Assembly (NCBI GenBank): GCA_965216035.1
Contig: CBDCFM010000015.1
Location: forward strand, 117,786-181,785
DNA: 64,000 nt
Reading direction: 5' to 3'
From: Terriglobia bacterium
GTDB lineage: Bacteria; Acidobacteriota; Terriglobia; 20CM-2-55-15
In this document: piece by piece, positions 1 to 9,337 of the stretch
How the letters are laid out: each line of letters opens with the position of its first letter
How positions within the stretch are numbered: position 1 is the stretch's first letter
Notes under the pieces: generated by a model
What the model was told of the DNA's origin: nothing
Seen by the model: only the letters and a program-made list of their open reading frames with translations
Database searches by the model: none
Program-made: the position numbers and the translations under genes

Positions 1-250
1 TTCAATCGGCGAACTCGAACAACAGATGGCGGCGAACCCGCAGTCCGCAATCCTCGGTCAGCAACCGGGCATGCATTCCGCTGACGGTTCCGCAGCAAGC
101 GGTCTGACTCCTGGGCAGGAACTCCTGCCGCTCCCGTCGTCCAACAAAGTCGATTTGATCCAGTCCCGAATCATCGAGCATGCGAGACGTGATCCCGAAA
201 CTGTCGCCCGCCTGGTACGTGTGTGGCTTAACGAGGAAAGGCAGGCGTGA
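1..250 (+). CDS. fliF: FliF (MS-ring protein), C-terminal end, 5' partial
   Basis: Frame 2 is open from the window edge. The tail DLIQSRIIEHARRDPETVARLVRVWLNEE resembles the conserved FliF C-terminus. Its stop overlaps the fliG GTG start, and synteny is fliF-fliG-fliH-fliI. Confidence 0.75.
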   Translation, partial: SIGELEQQMAANPQSAILGQQPGMHSADGSAASGLTPGQELLPLPSSNKVDLIQSRIIEHARRDPETVARLVRVWLNEERQA

Positions 251-1242
251 GCGACGCAAAAACCGCAGCAACGATGTTGGTACTGGTGGGCGAAGACGTG
301 GCCTCCAGCATCATGAAATATCTCAATGAATCGGAAATCGAGCAACTGTCCAAAGAGATATCCAACGTTGGTCTGATTTCTGCGGAAAAGGCCGAAACCA
401 ATGCGGAAGAGCTCTACGAGTTGTTGGTAGCCAACCGTTTTGTGTCCGAGGGAGGTGTTGAGTATGCCCGCAAGGTCATCTTAAAAACACTGGGTGCGGG
501 TTCGGCAGCGCGTATCATCGACCGGCTTTCGTCAAGTTACACCAGTTCCACTACGTTTCAGTCCATCGACAGGGTCAATCCGCTACAGCTCTCACAGTTC
601 ATCCAGCATGAACACCCGCAAACCATCGCTCTGATACTGGCGCATCTCCCTCCCCGCGCTGGCGCCGCGCTGATGGCGTCGCTTCCAGAGGAAATTCAGG
701 CAGAGGCCGCGGTACGCATGTCCAATCTCGCTGAGATTTCTCCCGACGTCATCGGTTCCATCGCTACGGTTTTAGAAGAAAAGCTCAAACCGGTCGGCAA
801 TTACGGTGACGGTGCAGGTCTAGGGGGTATCCGTGCGGTTGCCGAAATGTTCAACCGGTTGGATCGACGAATGAGCCGAACGGTCCTCGAGCAAATTGAC
901 AGCGAACAACCTGAGATTGCGAATTCTATCCGCCAGCTGATGTTCATTTTCGACGACATCAGCGCTCTCGACGACACTGCCATGCGGGAAATCCTGCAGC
1001 GCGTGGACAAGAAAACGATTTCACAGGCTCTTAAGGGTACGTTGCCCGAGTTACAGAATCAGTTCTTCCGAAACATGTCCCAGCGTGCTGTCGAGATGTT
1101 GAAAGAAGAGATGGACATCATGGGACCGATCAAGGCCCTGGACGTCAGTGCCGCGCAGGCGGTCGTTGTCGAAATCGTTCGTCAGCTCGAAGAAGAAGGA
1201 GTCATTGGGGTCGGTGGCGAGGCCGAGGAATATGTCGTCTAG
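247..1242 (+). CDS. fliG: FliG flagellar motor switch protein
   Basis: 331 aa with a GTG start overlapping the fliF stop. Typical FliG C-terminal motifs are present (LMFIFDDI, ALKG...FFRNMSQRA...LKEEM...GP). It lies between fliF and fliH. Confidence 0.95.
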   Translation: MSDAKTAATMLVLVGEDVASSIMKYLNESEIEQLSKEISNVGLISAEKAETNAEELYELLVANRFVSEGGVEYARKVILKTLGAGSAARIIDRLSSSYTSSTTFQSIDRVNPLQLSQFIQHEHPQTIALILAHLPPRAGAALMASLPEEIQAEAAVRMSNLAEISPDVIGSIATVLEEKLKPVGNYGDGAGLGGIRAVAEMFNRLDRRMSRTVLEQIDSEQPEIANSIRQLMFIFDDISALDDTAMREILQRVDKKTISQALKGTLPELQNQFFRNMSQRAVEMLKEEMDIMGPIKALDVSAAQAVVVEIVRQLEEEGVIGVGGEAEEYVV

Positions 1243-1813
1243 AATCATTCGGGGCGGGAAAAGCAATAAGACGTCCCGCATCAACACCCTGGGTGGGGAT
1301 TCTTTGCCGGGTCTGCCCCAAAGCCACATTATGGGGGTCGAGAAGCAGGCTTTCGAGAGGGGTTATCAAGAAGGTAACGAGATCGGGAAACAGATGGGCG
1401 AGCAGATGATGGAGACGGCCGTTAAGAGGTACGATCAGACCATCGTGGATATGGCGGTATCTCACAAGAAGCTCGTCGAATCGATGGAAAGGGAAACGGT
1501 TCGGCTCTCGCTGGCGATTGCCAAGAGCATCCTTGGACGGGCGGTGTCCACGGACCCTGACGTCGTCACCGTGCTGGTGTCGCTGGCTCTGAAACGGCTT
1601 CAGGGGCACCACGAGATCGTTCTCAAGGTCAGCCCCGATGATTTTGAAAGAGTTCGAAGCGGCATCGAGAACATCGACTCCGCGGTCCGTGTCGAGCAGG
1701 TTTCGTCTCTTGAGCGGGGCGACTTCATTCTAGATTCCAGCAAGACCCATTTTGACGGGCGGATGATGAGCCGGCTGGACCACATTGGTCGCGAGCTGCT
1801 GGACGAAGCGTAG
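1232..1813 (+). CDS. fliH: FliH (flagellar export ATPase regulator/stator)
   Basis: ATG at 1232 overlaps the fliG stop; the 1148 start in the ORF track would run inside fliG. The C-terminal region (LSLAIAKSILGRAVSTDPDVV...VLKVSPDD) is FliH/T3SS-stator-like, and the gene sits directly upstream of fliI. Confidence 0.8.
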   Translation: MSSRIIRGGKSNKTSRINTLGGDSLPGLPQSHIMGVEKQAFERGYQEGNEIGKQMGEQMMETAVKRYDQTIVDMAVSHKKLVESMERETVRLSLAIAKSILGRAVSTDPDVVTVLVSLALKRLQGHHEIVLKVSPDDFERVRSGIENIDSAVRVEQVSSLERGDFILDSSKTHFDGRMMSRLDHIGRELLDEA

Positions 1814-1818
1814 GCTCT

Positions 1819-3162
1819 GTGAGTCCGACATCTACACGATTCCCAGCTGCACTCGACCTGGGGGCCCCCCATGATCGACTCGGGGGTCTGGATTCACTGA
1901 TCGAGTTCGGCGTGATCGAGAAGGTCGTCGGCAACTCGATCGAATCCCATGGGCCGAACGTAACGACCGGATCCGTGTGCTGGACCAAAATCGGGGACCG
2001 CAGAGTACCACTGGAAGTCATTGGATTTAGCGAAGGCCGGATTGTCACGATGCCGCTGGGAAAACCCGATGGTATCAAGCAGGGAGATTCGGTTTATGCT
2101 TCCGGTCAAATGGCGACGATCGGTGTCGGTGAGCAATTGTTGGGCCGCGTGCTCGATGGTCTGGGCCGCCCGATCGACGACCGTCCTCTGTCCGATACGC
2201 TGGAGCGCCAGAGCCTCTATGCGGAACCTTCCAATCCGCTGACCCGCGATCCAATTCGACAGACGATCCAGACGGGTGTCCGATCGATCGACGGCATGCT
2301 TACGTGCGGACTCGGGCAGAGGGTCGGAATCTTCGGAGGCAGCGGGGTCGGCAAGAGCACGCTTCTCAGTATGATCGCGCGGTACACCAGTGCGGATTTG
2401 AACGTCATCGCAATGGTTGAGGAGCGCGGCCGTGAAGTGCGCGAATTCCTCGAGAACGACCTCGGTCAAGAGGGGTTAAAGCGATCTGTCGTATTTGTTG
2501 CGACCTCTGATCAGCCAGCTCTGGTACGTATCCGTGCTGCCTTTGCAGCGACTGCAGCTGCCGAGTACTTTCAGGAGCAAGGGAAGAACGTTCTCCTGAT
2601 GATGGACTCGGTGACACGGTTCGCAATGGCGCAACGAGAGGTTGGCTTGGCTGCTGGTGAACCACCGTCAACCAAAGGCTATCCCCCATCAGTATTTTCA
2701 CTTCTTCCGAGATTGCTCGAACGTGCCGGCAACTTCGACAGAGGTAGCATCACTGCTTTCTACACGGTGCTGGTCGAAGGCGACGACATGAACGATCCGA
2801 TCGCGGATTCGGTGCGGGCCATCCTGGACGGCCACATCGTTCTGGACAGGGATCTCGGTTCCCGAGGGCACTTCCCCGCGATCGATGTCCTGTCCAGCAA
2901 CAGCCGACTGATGATGCAGATGATCCCTCCCGATCATCAGAAATCAGTGAACGAGATTCGAGACCTGATGGGAAGCTATAAAAATGCAGAAGACCTGATC
3001 CAGATCGGTGCGTATAAGAAGGGCACTGACGTACGGGTTGATACCGCCGTAGAACGCCGCGATTCGATCAACCGTTTTCTGCAACAACACGCAGAAGAAC
3101 CCTCTGGAATGGATGTGACCCGGGAGCAACTGATCCAACTTGCCGCCCTCGAATCGACTTAA
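1819..3162 (+). CDS. fliI: FliI flagellum-specific ATPase
   Basis: 447 aa with Walker A GGSGVGKST and Walker B LLMMDSVTR. The overall layout is that of an F1/T3SS ATPase. Confidence 0.95.
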   Translation: MSPTSTRFPAALDLGAPHDRLGGLDSLIEFGVIEKVVGNSIESHGPNVTTGSVCWTKIGDRRVPLEVIGFSEGRIVTMPLGKPDGIKQGDSVYASGQMATIGVGEQLLGRVLDGLGRPIDDRPLSDTLERQSLYAEPSNPLTRDPIRQTIQTGVRSIDGMLTCGLGQRVGIFGGSGVGKSTLLSMIARYTSADLNVIAMVEERGREVREFLENDLGQEGLKRSVVFVATSDQPALVRIRAAFAATAAAEYFQEQGKNVLLMMDSVTRFAMAQREVGLAAGEPPSTKGYPPSVFSLLPRLLERAGNFDRGSITAFYTVLVEGDDMNDPIADSVRAILDGHIVLDRDLGSRGHFPAIDVLSSNSRLMMQMIPPDHQKSVNEIRDLMGSYKNAEDLIQIGAYKKGTDVRVDTAVERRDSINRFLQQHAEEPSGMDVTREQLIQLAALEST

Positions 3163-3167
3163 GACGC

Positions 3168-4492
3168 TGTGAACGGCCGGGAACATCATTGACAGAATAG
3201 TCCAGGCACATCCTTTACAGTTTGTACCTCTTTCTCATTCTATTCCCCAAAGCATCTTGAATGGTAAAGGTCCGTTCGTCCATTTGTCCGAGACGAACGG
3301 TGCCGAAGTAGACATCCCAGACGCCGTCGTCGACTTCCTCGAGTCCGACGTACTCACCTTCAAGGGTGTTGGGTGATTGGAACACGATGGGCCGACCACC
3401 GGAATCCCCCGTTCCGACTGACCAGCCGCGTTTCGAAATGAGACGGATACTCGATGGGAGGCAGGCCCAACGGAAACTCCCGTGAAGAGGTTTGATAGCG
3501 GGAGTCGGGCGTTTCCTGGTCCAGCGCCTCATGGGGACGCACAGTGTTGAATTCCTCAACAAAACGATTGAACCGGAATTGCTGAGCCCGCATCGTGGCC
3601 GCTGGCGGCCGAGTGGTCTCTTGTTTCAAGGTTTTGTGCATGCGTTCGTGTCGGCCGTTTTGATCTGGCCGGCCGGGCTGAATCAATTCGGGGAAGATTC
3701 CGAGGCGGATCCACCAGACCGATAGCCGGCTCAGTCGCCCGATGGCCGTGGTGGCGAACGGCGGCCCGTTATCGGTCCGGATGATTGCAGGGAGACCGAA
3801 GTTCCGGAAGACACTCTTGAATACGGACTTCGCGCGAACATGATTAGTCGAGTAGAGGCCCTTACATGCGAGCAGATACCGGGTGCAACCGTCGGTGATC
3901 GTCAACGGATAGCAATAGATGCCATCCCCAGTTTTAAACTCGCCTTTATAGTCCGCACACCAGACATCATTGGACCGATCCATTGAAGTCACGGGCTTGC
4001 CCGGATGACCCGGATAGGTGCGTCTCCGCTTCTTCTCCACAAGCCCATGACGTTTCAGCAGTTCCGAGATCGTCGATCGGGCGGGCCAGTCGACCTCGGG
4101 ATGCCGGGTATTCAAGATCTTAAGAAGCTTCTTGGCCCCCCAGTGAGGATGTTTGCGGCGCAGATCGATCACCCGCCGCACCACATCGTCTGACGTCCGA
4201 TGCGGGCAGCCGACAGGACGACGGGAACGCTCCTCCAATCCGGATTGGCCATTCTCCAAGAATCTGTCAATCCACTTATATCCGGTGGGCCGGCTCACCC
4301 CGTAGCGCGCACACAGTTCGACGATCGAGAAAGATCGAGTAAGATAATCGGCAATAAATAATCGTTTTTGATCCATGGTCGTTGATTGATCCCAGGGCAT
4401 ATGAAGTCCTCCACGGAGGACTTCATCGTGATCGATCTGTAAACCATGTACCCGGACAGATATGTAAACGATGTACCCGGACCGTACCCTGT
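3168..4492 (-). mobile_element. IS481-family insertion sequence between fliI and fliJ
   Basis: About 50-bp imperfect terminal inverted repeats (3168-3220 vs 4437-4492) carry reiterated GTACATNGTTTACA-like motifs and enclose a single DDE transposase gene. The element starts 6 nt after the fliI stop. Ends are approximate. Confidence 0.7.
3215..4400 (-). pseudogene. IS481-family DDE transposase, apparent frameshift near 3385
   Basis: Starts MPWDQSTTMDQKRLFIADYL with a GGAGGA RBS. It has an N-terminal HTH and an rve-type core (DYKGEF...TDNGPPF...PGRPDQNGRHERMHKTLK). The conserved tail LEGEYVGLEEVDDGVWDVYFG lies in another frame (ORF 3215-3562), so 1 nt is gained or lost around 3380-3388. Confidence 0.8.
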
Positions 4493-4577
4493 AACCAATT
4501 GGGGACAGGCCTGTGCACCACTTCGTAGTTGAGCCGAACCACTCAGCTGTGGCACGGCTCTGCCCCCATTGTTTGTA

Positions 4578-4852
4578 TAGCAGCCCGTGGCAGAAGTCTC
4601 GAGGGCCGCGCGCAGGGGTCTTCGGGTTGCAGGCGCGAAGTGAGGAGTGGAACGATGTCTTTTCATCGTGACCGACGAGGGACAAAGCCTGTGGCCCGAA
4701 CCCCCCTGCGCCCAAAGGGTTACGGCGAAACGGGGCCGTCTTCGTTGTCGCCAACTCCTTGCAATGAAAGAGCATTACAGCGTCGTCGCCTCCTAGAATC
4801 CGGCCCCGCTTGGCCGTAACGCGGCCCTCGAGACTTCTGCCACGGGCTGCTA
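4578..4852. repeat. MITE-like element: perfect 33-bp terminal inverted repeats flanking a 209-bp core
   Basis: TAGCAGCCCGTGGCAGAAGTCTCGAGGGCCGCG (4578-4610) is the exact reverse complement of 4820-4852. The outermost TA on each side could be a TA target duplication. No coding capacity is seen inside. Confidence 0.5.
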
Positions 4853-4871
4853 GGCCACGACGGCTGAACGA

Positions 4872-5346
4872 ATGGGAATGACAGAAGCACGGAAACGCCT
4901 AGAACGGCTCAGCCGGATCCTCAAGGTGCGCCAGATCGCTGTCCGACGAAGCCGAGGGGCGAACCCGCGAGTGCGAGTTTCGGATCCGGGGCTTCGAGGA
5001 ACGGCGTGACTCGGAAGAGAGTAGAATCCGCCAGACAATGGAAGAATTTCCCCATGCAGACGGACAGACGGGGCTCGGTCTGCAACGATGGGAACAGGTG
5101 ATCCAGACGGGCCGAAATTGTCTGACCAGAATCCGACAAGATATTGAAGAAACAAGGGCTAAGCGGGACGAACACCGCGCGCAGTGGAGAGAGGCCCTGC
5201 GTGAGTACAAGACGGTCGAAAAGCTTCGGGAACGCCAATTGCAAGAAGTGTCGCAGAACGAAAGGATCTTGATGCAGAAAATGACCGATGAAGCATCGAT
5301 TTCGTCACACTGGCGGAAAACTGGAAACGATCCTGAAAGTCAATAG
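4872..5346 (+). pseudogene. fliJ: FliJ export chaperone, apparent +1 frameshift near 4943
   Basis: ATG 4872 gives MGMTEARKRLERLSRILKVRQIAV in frame 0. The coiled-coil continuation (L)SDEAEGRTRECEFRIRGFEERR...TVEKLRERQLQEV is in frame 1, open from 4903 with no start until 5038. Combined length is about 158 aa, typical for FliJ, and the position is fliI-fliJ-fliK. Confidence 0.6.
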
Positions 5347-7172
5347 TGGAAGACTTAAGGCAACTCAACGTCCCGTCGGCGGTCGAATCCGTTGTCAGGG
5401 CGACGCCTGCCAAGGGCCCGAAGACGGATTCCGACAGCGCTTCGTTCGAGGCGCTGCTTGCCGAGACCGGGGTGGAGACTGCGACAGCTTATGGCAAAAC
5501 GTTTCCTGAAACCCTATCCCAGCCCGCGCCTGCAACTCCAGCTACTACGGCGCTGATTCCGTCCAGTGATGAGGTTGCTGTGGTGGTTTTGGATGCGCCT
5601 CAGAGTTCGGTTTCGAGCGTTGGTTCTGTCGAACCCGGCGACTTGACGCATTTTGACCTGGCCGAAGAGGTGGCCTCCCGATCTCTAGATTCCTCGATTG
5701 CTCGCCTGCGGGCGCCGGGTGGTCCGAATGTGGAACCGGGGCCTTTATCGGGAACCGCTGAAGACTTTGTGGAGGCTTTGGGTGCTCGCAATCCCGAGAC
5801 ACGTGGGTGGACACCATCAGCAGGGGAGAGCGGGCCCGTCGAAGTTACTTCGACAAGCGGCGCCACGAAGTCCCCAGCAGTCGTCCATATGGGGGTGTCG
5901 AATCCCGTTGTCGGGCCTGTTGGAGGGAAATCGCTTGAATCCCTGGATCTGGCAAGCGTCGGTGTCAATCGGATGGAGGTTGCTGGTGAAGACTCTGCAG
6001 AGGCATTGGTCCCGCGGAATCTGGAGACCGGTGGGCGGATACGATCGGCAGATTCGCCAAGCTCTGGAGTCCGTCGGATGGAGGTCGCTGGTGAAGACTT
6101 AGTCGAGGCATCGGGATCGCGGAATCTGGAGATCGGTGGGGAGACACGATTGGCACGGGAAAGAGGGGCCGCCGGCGTTACTTCGAAAAGCGTCGCCCCG
6201 ACGTCTCCATCAGTAATGCGCCCAGGGGTGTCGAATCCCGTTGTCCCGTCCAGCGATGGGAAATCGCTCGAGTCCTTGGATCTGGCAAGCTTCGGAGTCA
6301 ATCGGATGGTCGTAACCGCTGAAGGCCGTTCAGCATCCGATGCAACGGCTAGACCGCAGACTGCGGTCGTTTCATCGGAAGCTGTCGTGTCCACGAACCC
6401 GCGGCGTGAACCCACGCCTGCGACAGAGGGCCATCACCCCCTGGCCGGTCTTGCCGGGCGTTTCCCCGCTGGCAGGGAGAGTGCCTCAGTGTCTGATAGC
6501 GTCAATAGCCACACGGCGACTACCCAGGCCCACCGACCTGAGGCCGCGATTCCCTCTGGCGCCGTTCTCGAATCGAAGATCACGTCAACCTACATAGTGA
6601 ACGGACGGGAGATCCGTCCGACGACCGCGGAGGATTCAAAAGGGATGACGTCGGATGGTTCCCTCAACACGGTCGAGACACGATCGACCCGTTCCTTTGT
6701 TCAGATGACAAGCGAGATCCCGGCTGAGACGGGTGGGTCAGCCTCTCACACTGAAGCCCAACTGGCCCGACCGGCCCAGCCGGTAAAGCCTATCAACCTG
6801 CCGAAGTTCTCTCTTGATCCTGCGCGGCGGGTAACCATGATGGTTGGGGAGGCCGACGCAGGTGTGCGTGTTCAGTTGAGTGAGAATCGAGGCGCAATAG
6901 CCGTTCGATTCGATGCCCCGGCACTCATTCGTGCCGGTCTGGAAGCATCCATCCACAACCTTCTGGAATCGTTCACCCGCGAGCAAGTCCCGCTTTCCGG
7001 TGTCCAGTTCTCGGGACGTTTCGATACCGGAACGGATTCGGACCAACGGCATCGGGATGACGGACGCGGTTTCGGGCATGCCGCATCGGCTGTGACCGAG
7101 ATTGAAGACCGCGACTTCATGACCGAGTTCGAAGCCTCCGACACCGACTCCGTCGTCAGTCTCACTGCCTAG
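5346..7172 (+). CDS. fliK: FliK hook-length control protein
   Basis: 608 aa with a GTG start overlapping the fliJ stop. It is Pro/Ser/Ala-rich with an internal 333-bp duplication. The C-terminal Flg_hook-type domain reads MMVGEADAGVRVQLSENRGAIAVRFDAP... Confidence 0.85.
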   Translation: MEDLRQLNVPSAVESVVRATPAKGPKTDSDSASFEALLAETGVETATAYGKTFPETLSQPAPATPATTALIPSSDEVAVVVLDAPQSSVSSVGSVEPGDLTHFDLAEEVASRSLDSSIARLRAPGGPNVEPGPLSGTAEDFVEALGARNPETRGWTPSAGESGPVEVTSTSGATKSPAVVHMGVSNPVVGPVGGKSLESLDLASVGVNRMEVAGEDSAEALVPRNLETGGRIRSADSPSSGVRRMEVAGEDLVEASGSRNLEIGGETRLARERGAAGVTSKSVAPTSPSVMRPGVSNPVVPSSDGKSLESLDLASFGVNRMVVTAEGRSASDATARPQTAVVSSEAVVSTNPRREPTPATEGHHPLAGLAGRFPAGRESASVSDSVNSHTATTQAHRPEAAIPSGAVLESKITSTYIVNGREIRPTTAEDSKGMTSDGSLNTVETRSTRSFVQMTSEIPAETGGSASHTEAQLARPAQPVKPINLPKFSLDPARRVTMMVGEADAGVRVQLSENRGAIAVRFDAPALIRAGLEASIHNLLESFTREQVPLSGVQFSGRFDTGTDSDQRHRDDGRGFGHAASAVTEIEDRDFMTEFEASDTDSVVSLTA

Positions 7173-7184
7173 GTAGGATTTTAC

Positions 7185-7493
7185 TCACACGTTGTTACCA
7201 CAGGGCCCAGGACGTTTCGCCGCAAAGTCATAAGGTGTAAACGGTTCTTCCCGCCAAACCATCATGAATTTCGAATGGCATTGTTGCCAAGCCTGACCGC
7301 CCTGGCCCGACTCTGCCGGGGCAGGCCTTGCTTCTTTCTTTTCGTCTTTGCAACCCTGCGTCAATGCACCTTTGCGTTTCAATTGTTTTCCTGTCGCGGC
7401 CTGAAATAGGCTACCACCGGGTGATGAGGTGTATCGGCAAGACAGAGAGCCCACATAAGCAAAAAGTGCCAGGCGGAGAAAAGTTTCATCCAA
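7185..7493 (-). CDS. hypothetical small protein, antisense to the flagellar operon (frame uncertain)
   Basis: 102-aa ORF with a TTG start. A signal-peptide-like MKLFSAWHFLLMWALCLA starts at ATG 7490 in a different frame and stops after 36 codons. This may be another frame-disrupted small secreted protein or non-coding. Confidence 0.25.
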   Translation of the reverse strand: MDETFLRLALFAYVGSLSCRYTSSPGGSLFQAATGKQLKRKGALTQGCKDEKKEARPAPAESGQGGQAWQQCHSKFMMVWREEPFTPYDFAAKRPGPCGNNV

Positions 7494-7595
7494 AAGCTCG
7501 TGTCTGCATGTTGAATATGTCTTTATTTTAAACTACTTACGCGCAAGAACCGTTCGGTCCGAAGCGTGCTTATAGTGGTGTCAAGGAGCAAGATC

Positions 7596-7895
7596 ATGAT
7601 TGAGAATATTACACCCCCATCCCTGACCGAGCAGGGTCCGCAAAGTACAACGTCAAAGGCCGAGGAGCAGAAGTCGCAGTTTCTGCTGTTGCTCGTCGCT
7701 CAACTGGAATCGCAGGACCCTCTCAATCCGATGGACGGTACGGAGTTTGTAGCTCAGCTGGCGCAGTTCAGCAGCCTCGAAGAATTAATCAATATCCGGG
7801 AAGTGATGGAAGACGTCCAGCAGGCCCTGGGGCAGATTGACGCAAGCGCGGGTCCAGATTCGACAGAATCGGGTGCTGCGGAAGTTTTTGCTTAA
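7596..7895 (+). CDS. flgD: FlgD hook assembly/capping protein (short form)
   Basis: An AAGGAG RBS lies upstream of ATG 7596. The conserved FlgD N-terminal motif FLLLLVAQLESQDPLNPMDGTEFVAQLAQFSSLEE is present, and the gene is directly upstream of flgE. Confidence 0.8.
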   Translation: MIENITPPSLTEQGPQSTTSKAEEQKSQFLLLLVAQLESQDPLNPMDGTEFVAQLAQFSSLEELINIREVMEDVQQALGQIDASAGPDSTESGAAEVFA

Positions 7896-7931
7896 ACGAG
7901 AAATCAACTGATGGGAATTCAGGAGAATTAA

Positions 7932-9281
7932 ATGTCATTTACGACCTTTTCGACCGCCCTGTCTGGGCTTCAAAGCAACACTGTGGGATTGAACGCTGTC
8001 GGTAACAACCTCGCAAACCTGAATACTGTTGCATACAAGGCGACCAACATCACGTTCCAGGACGTGCTTGGAGAATCGATTACAGGTGCCGATGGTAACG
8101 GCGCCAACATTGGATTGGGCGTGCAGCTCGGCCGCGTGTCATCGGTATTTAACCAGGGCGGTCTGGAAACGACGAACAGCCCAACGGACGTTGCAATTCA
8201 GGGAACAGGTTTCTTCGTGGTCAGCGATGGCACTGCACAGCTCTACACGCGGGCGGGCAACTTCCACGTCGATGCTGAAGGCAAACTGGTGACGCCGACT
8301 GGACACAAAGTCCAGGGTTTCCCCAGGGATCCGATCACAGGGATTATAGATACCAACAGTGAGCTCGCTGACATCACGATCCTGACCAAATCCGGAAATT
8401 CAAAAGCAACATCAGAGTTTGAGCTGGCCCTCAATCTGGATGGGGGCGCCGCGGTCGGCGAAACTTTTTCAACGGCGACCCCAATTTTCGATCCCCTGGG
8501 TCAATCCCACCTGGCTACTCTTGAATTCGTCAAGACGGCGGTGACCGCGACAGACGCGACCTGGTCCTTCGACATCACTATCCCTGAAACAGACCTGATA
8601 GGTATCCCCGCGACCAGTACGAATAGGTTCAGCTTGCTTACCGGAGCGGTCGCCACGACACCGCCGGCAGCCGGGTCCCTGGTCTTCGACAGCAACGGCA
8701 CTCTGATATCGGTCTACACGGGGGCGGCGCCCAGTCCGCTGCCGCCGGTCGCTGATCTGCCCGTTCCGCCGCCCGCCGTGACGATACCGTCGTTCTCGAA
8801 CAGTGGGACACTGAATCCATCGGGCACGGTGTGGAAGTTGGTCTCGGCCAGTGGCGACCCCAACGCGACTGGGTTGGCGTCAGCCAGTAACATATCGTTC
8901 AGCCACCAGGACGGCGTCGCTCCCGGAGACATGAAAACATTGTCGATTCTGCCGGATGGGGCGGTCGCCGGTCTCTTCAGCAACGGAGTCACCTTGGAAG
9001 TGGCCAAGATCGCCATTGCTCAGTTCAACAACCAAGACGGTTTGACGCAGCAAGGTAACGGCCTCTTCGCCGAGTCGACGGCATTGGGATCGCTCTTGTT
9101 GGGAATCCCGGGACAGGGCGGCTGTGGCCGACTGGTGGGAGGTGCACTGGAGCTGTCGAACGTCGATCTGGCCAACGAGTTCACGAAGATCATCACCTAC
9201 CAGCGGGGTTATCAGGCGAACGCACGGATGATCAGTTCCACTGACGAGATTCTGCAGGAAACGATGAATTTGAATCGATAA
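7932..9281 (+). CDS. flgE: FlgE flagellar hook protein
   Basis: 449 aa. The N-terminus is MSFTTFSTALSGLQSNTVGLNAVGNNLANLNT. The C-terminus is LELSNVDLANEFTKIITYQRGYQANARMIS. Both are canonical flagellar rod/hook termini. Confidence 0.95.
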   Translation: MSFTTFSTALSGLQSNTVGLNAVGNNLANLNTVAYKATNITFQDVLGESITGADGNGANIGLGVQLGRVSSVFNQGGLETTNSPTDVAIQGTGFFVVSDGTAQLYTRAGNFHVDAEGKLVTPTGHKVQGFPRDPITGIIDTNSELADITILTKSGNSKATSEFELALNLDGGAAVGETFSTATPIFDPLGQSHLATLEFVKTAVTATDATWSFDITIPETDLIGIPATSTNRFSLLTGAVATTPPAAGSLVFDSNGTLISVYTGAAPSPLPPVADLPVPPPAVTIPSFSNSGTLNPSGTVWKLVSASGDPNATGLASASNISFSHQDGVAPGDMKTLSILPDGAVAGLFSNGVTLEVAKIAIAQFNNQDGLTQQGNGLFAESTALGSLLLGIPGQGGCGRLVGGALELSNVDLANEFTKIITYQRGYQANARMISSTDEILQETMNLNR

Positions 9282-9294
9282 CAGGAAGTGACGC

Positions 9295-9337
9295 GTGACA
9301 AGTGACACGTCGGATTGCTTGGTGTGTCACTTGTCAC
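9295..9337 (+). terminator. Perfect 14-bp stem hairpin 14 nt after the flgE stop (terminator/attenuator or operator)
   Basis: GTGACAAGTGACAC (9295-9308) pairs with GTGTCACTTGTCAC (9324-9337) across a 15-nt loop. No U-tract follows. A third TGTCACTTGTCAC copy lies at 9381-9393. Confidence 0.35.

Noticed and set aside
4549-4562. Sigma-54-like TGGCACGGCTCTGC upstream of fliJ
   Set aside because: The GG-to-GC spacing is 9 nt instead of the required 10. It also lies between an IS and a MITE-like element, so it is probably fortuitous.
7455-7475. TGGCAC...TGC string on the minus strand in the fliK-flgD spacer
   Set aside because: The GG/GC spacing is two nt too short for a sigma-54 promoter, and the string overlaps the start of the small minus-strand ORF.
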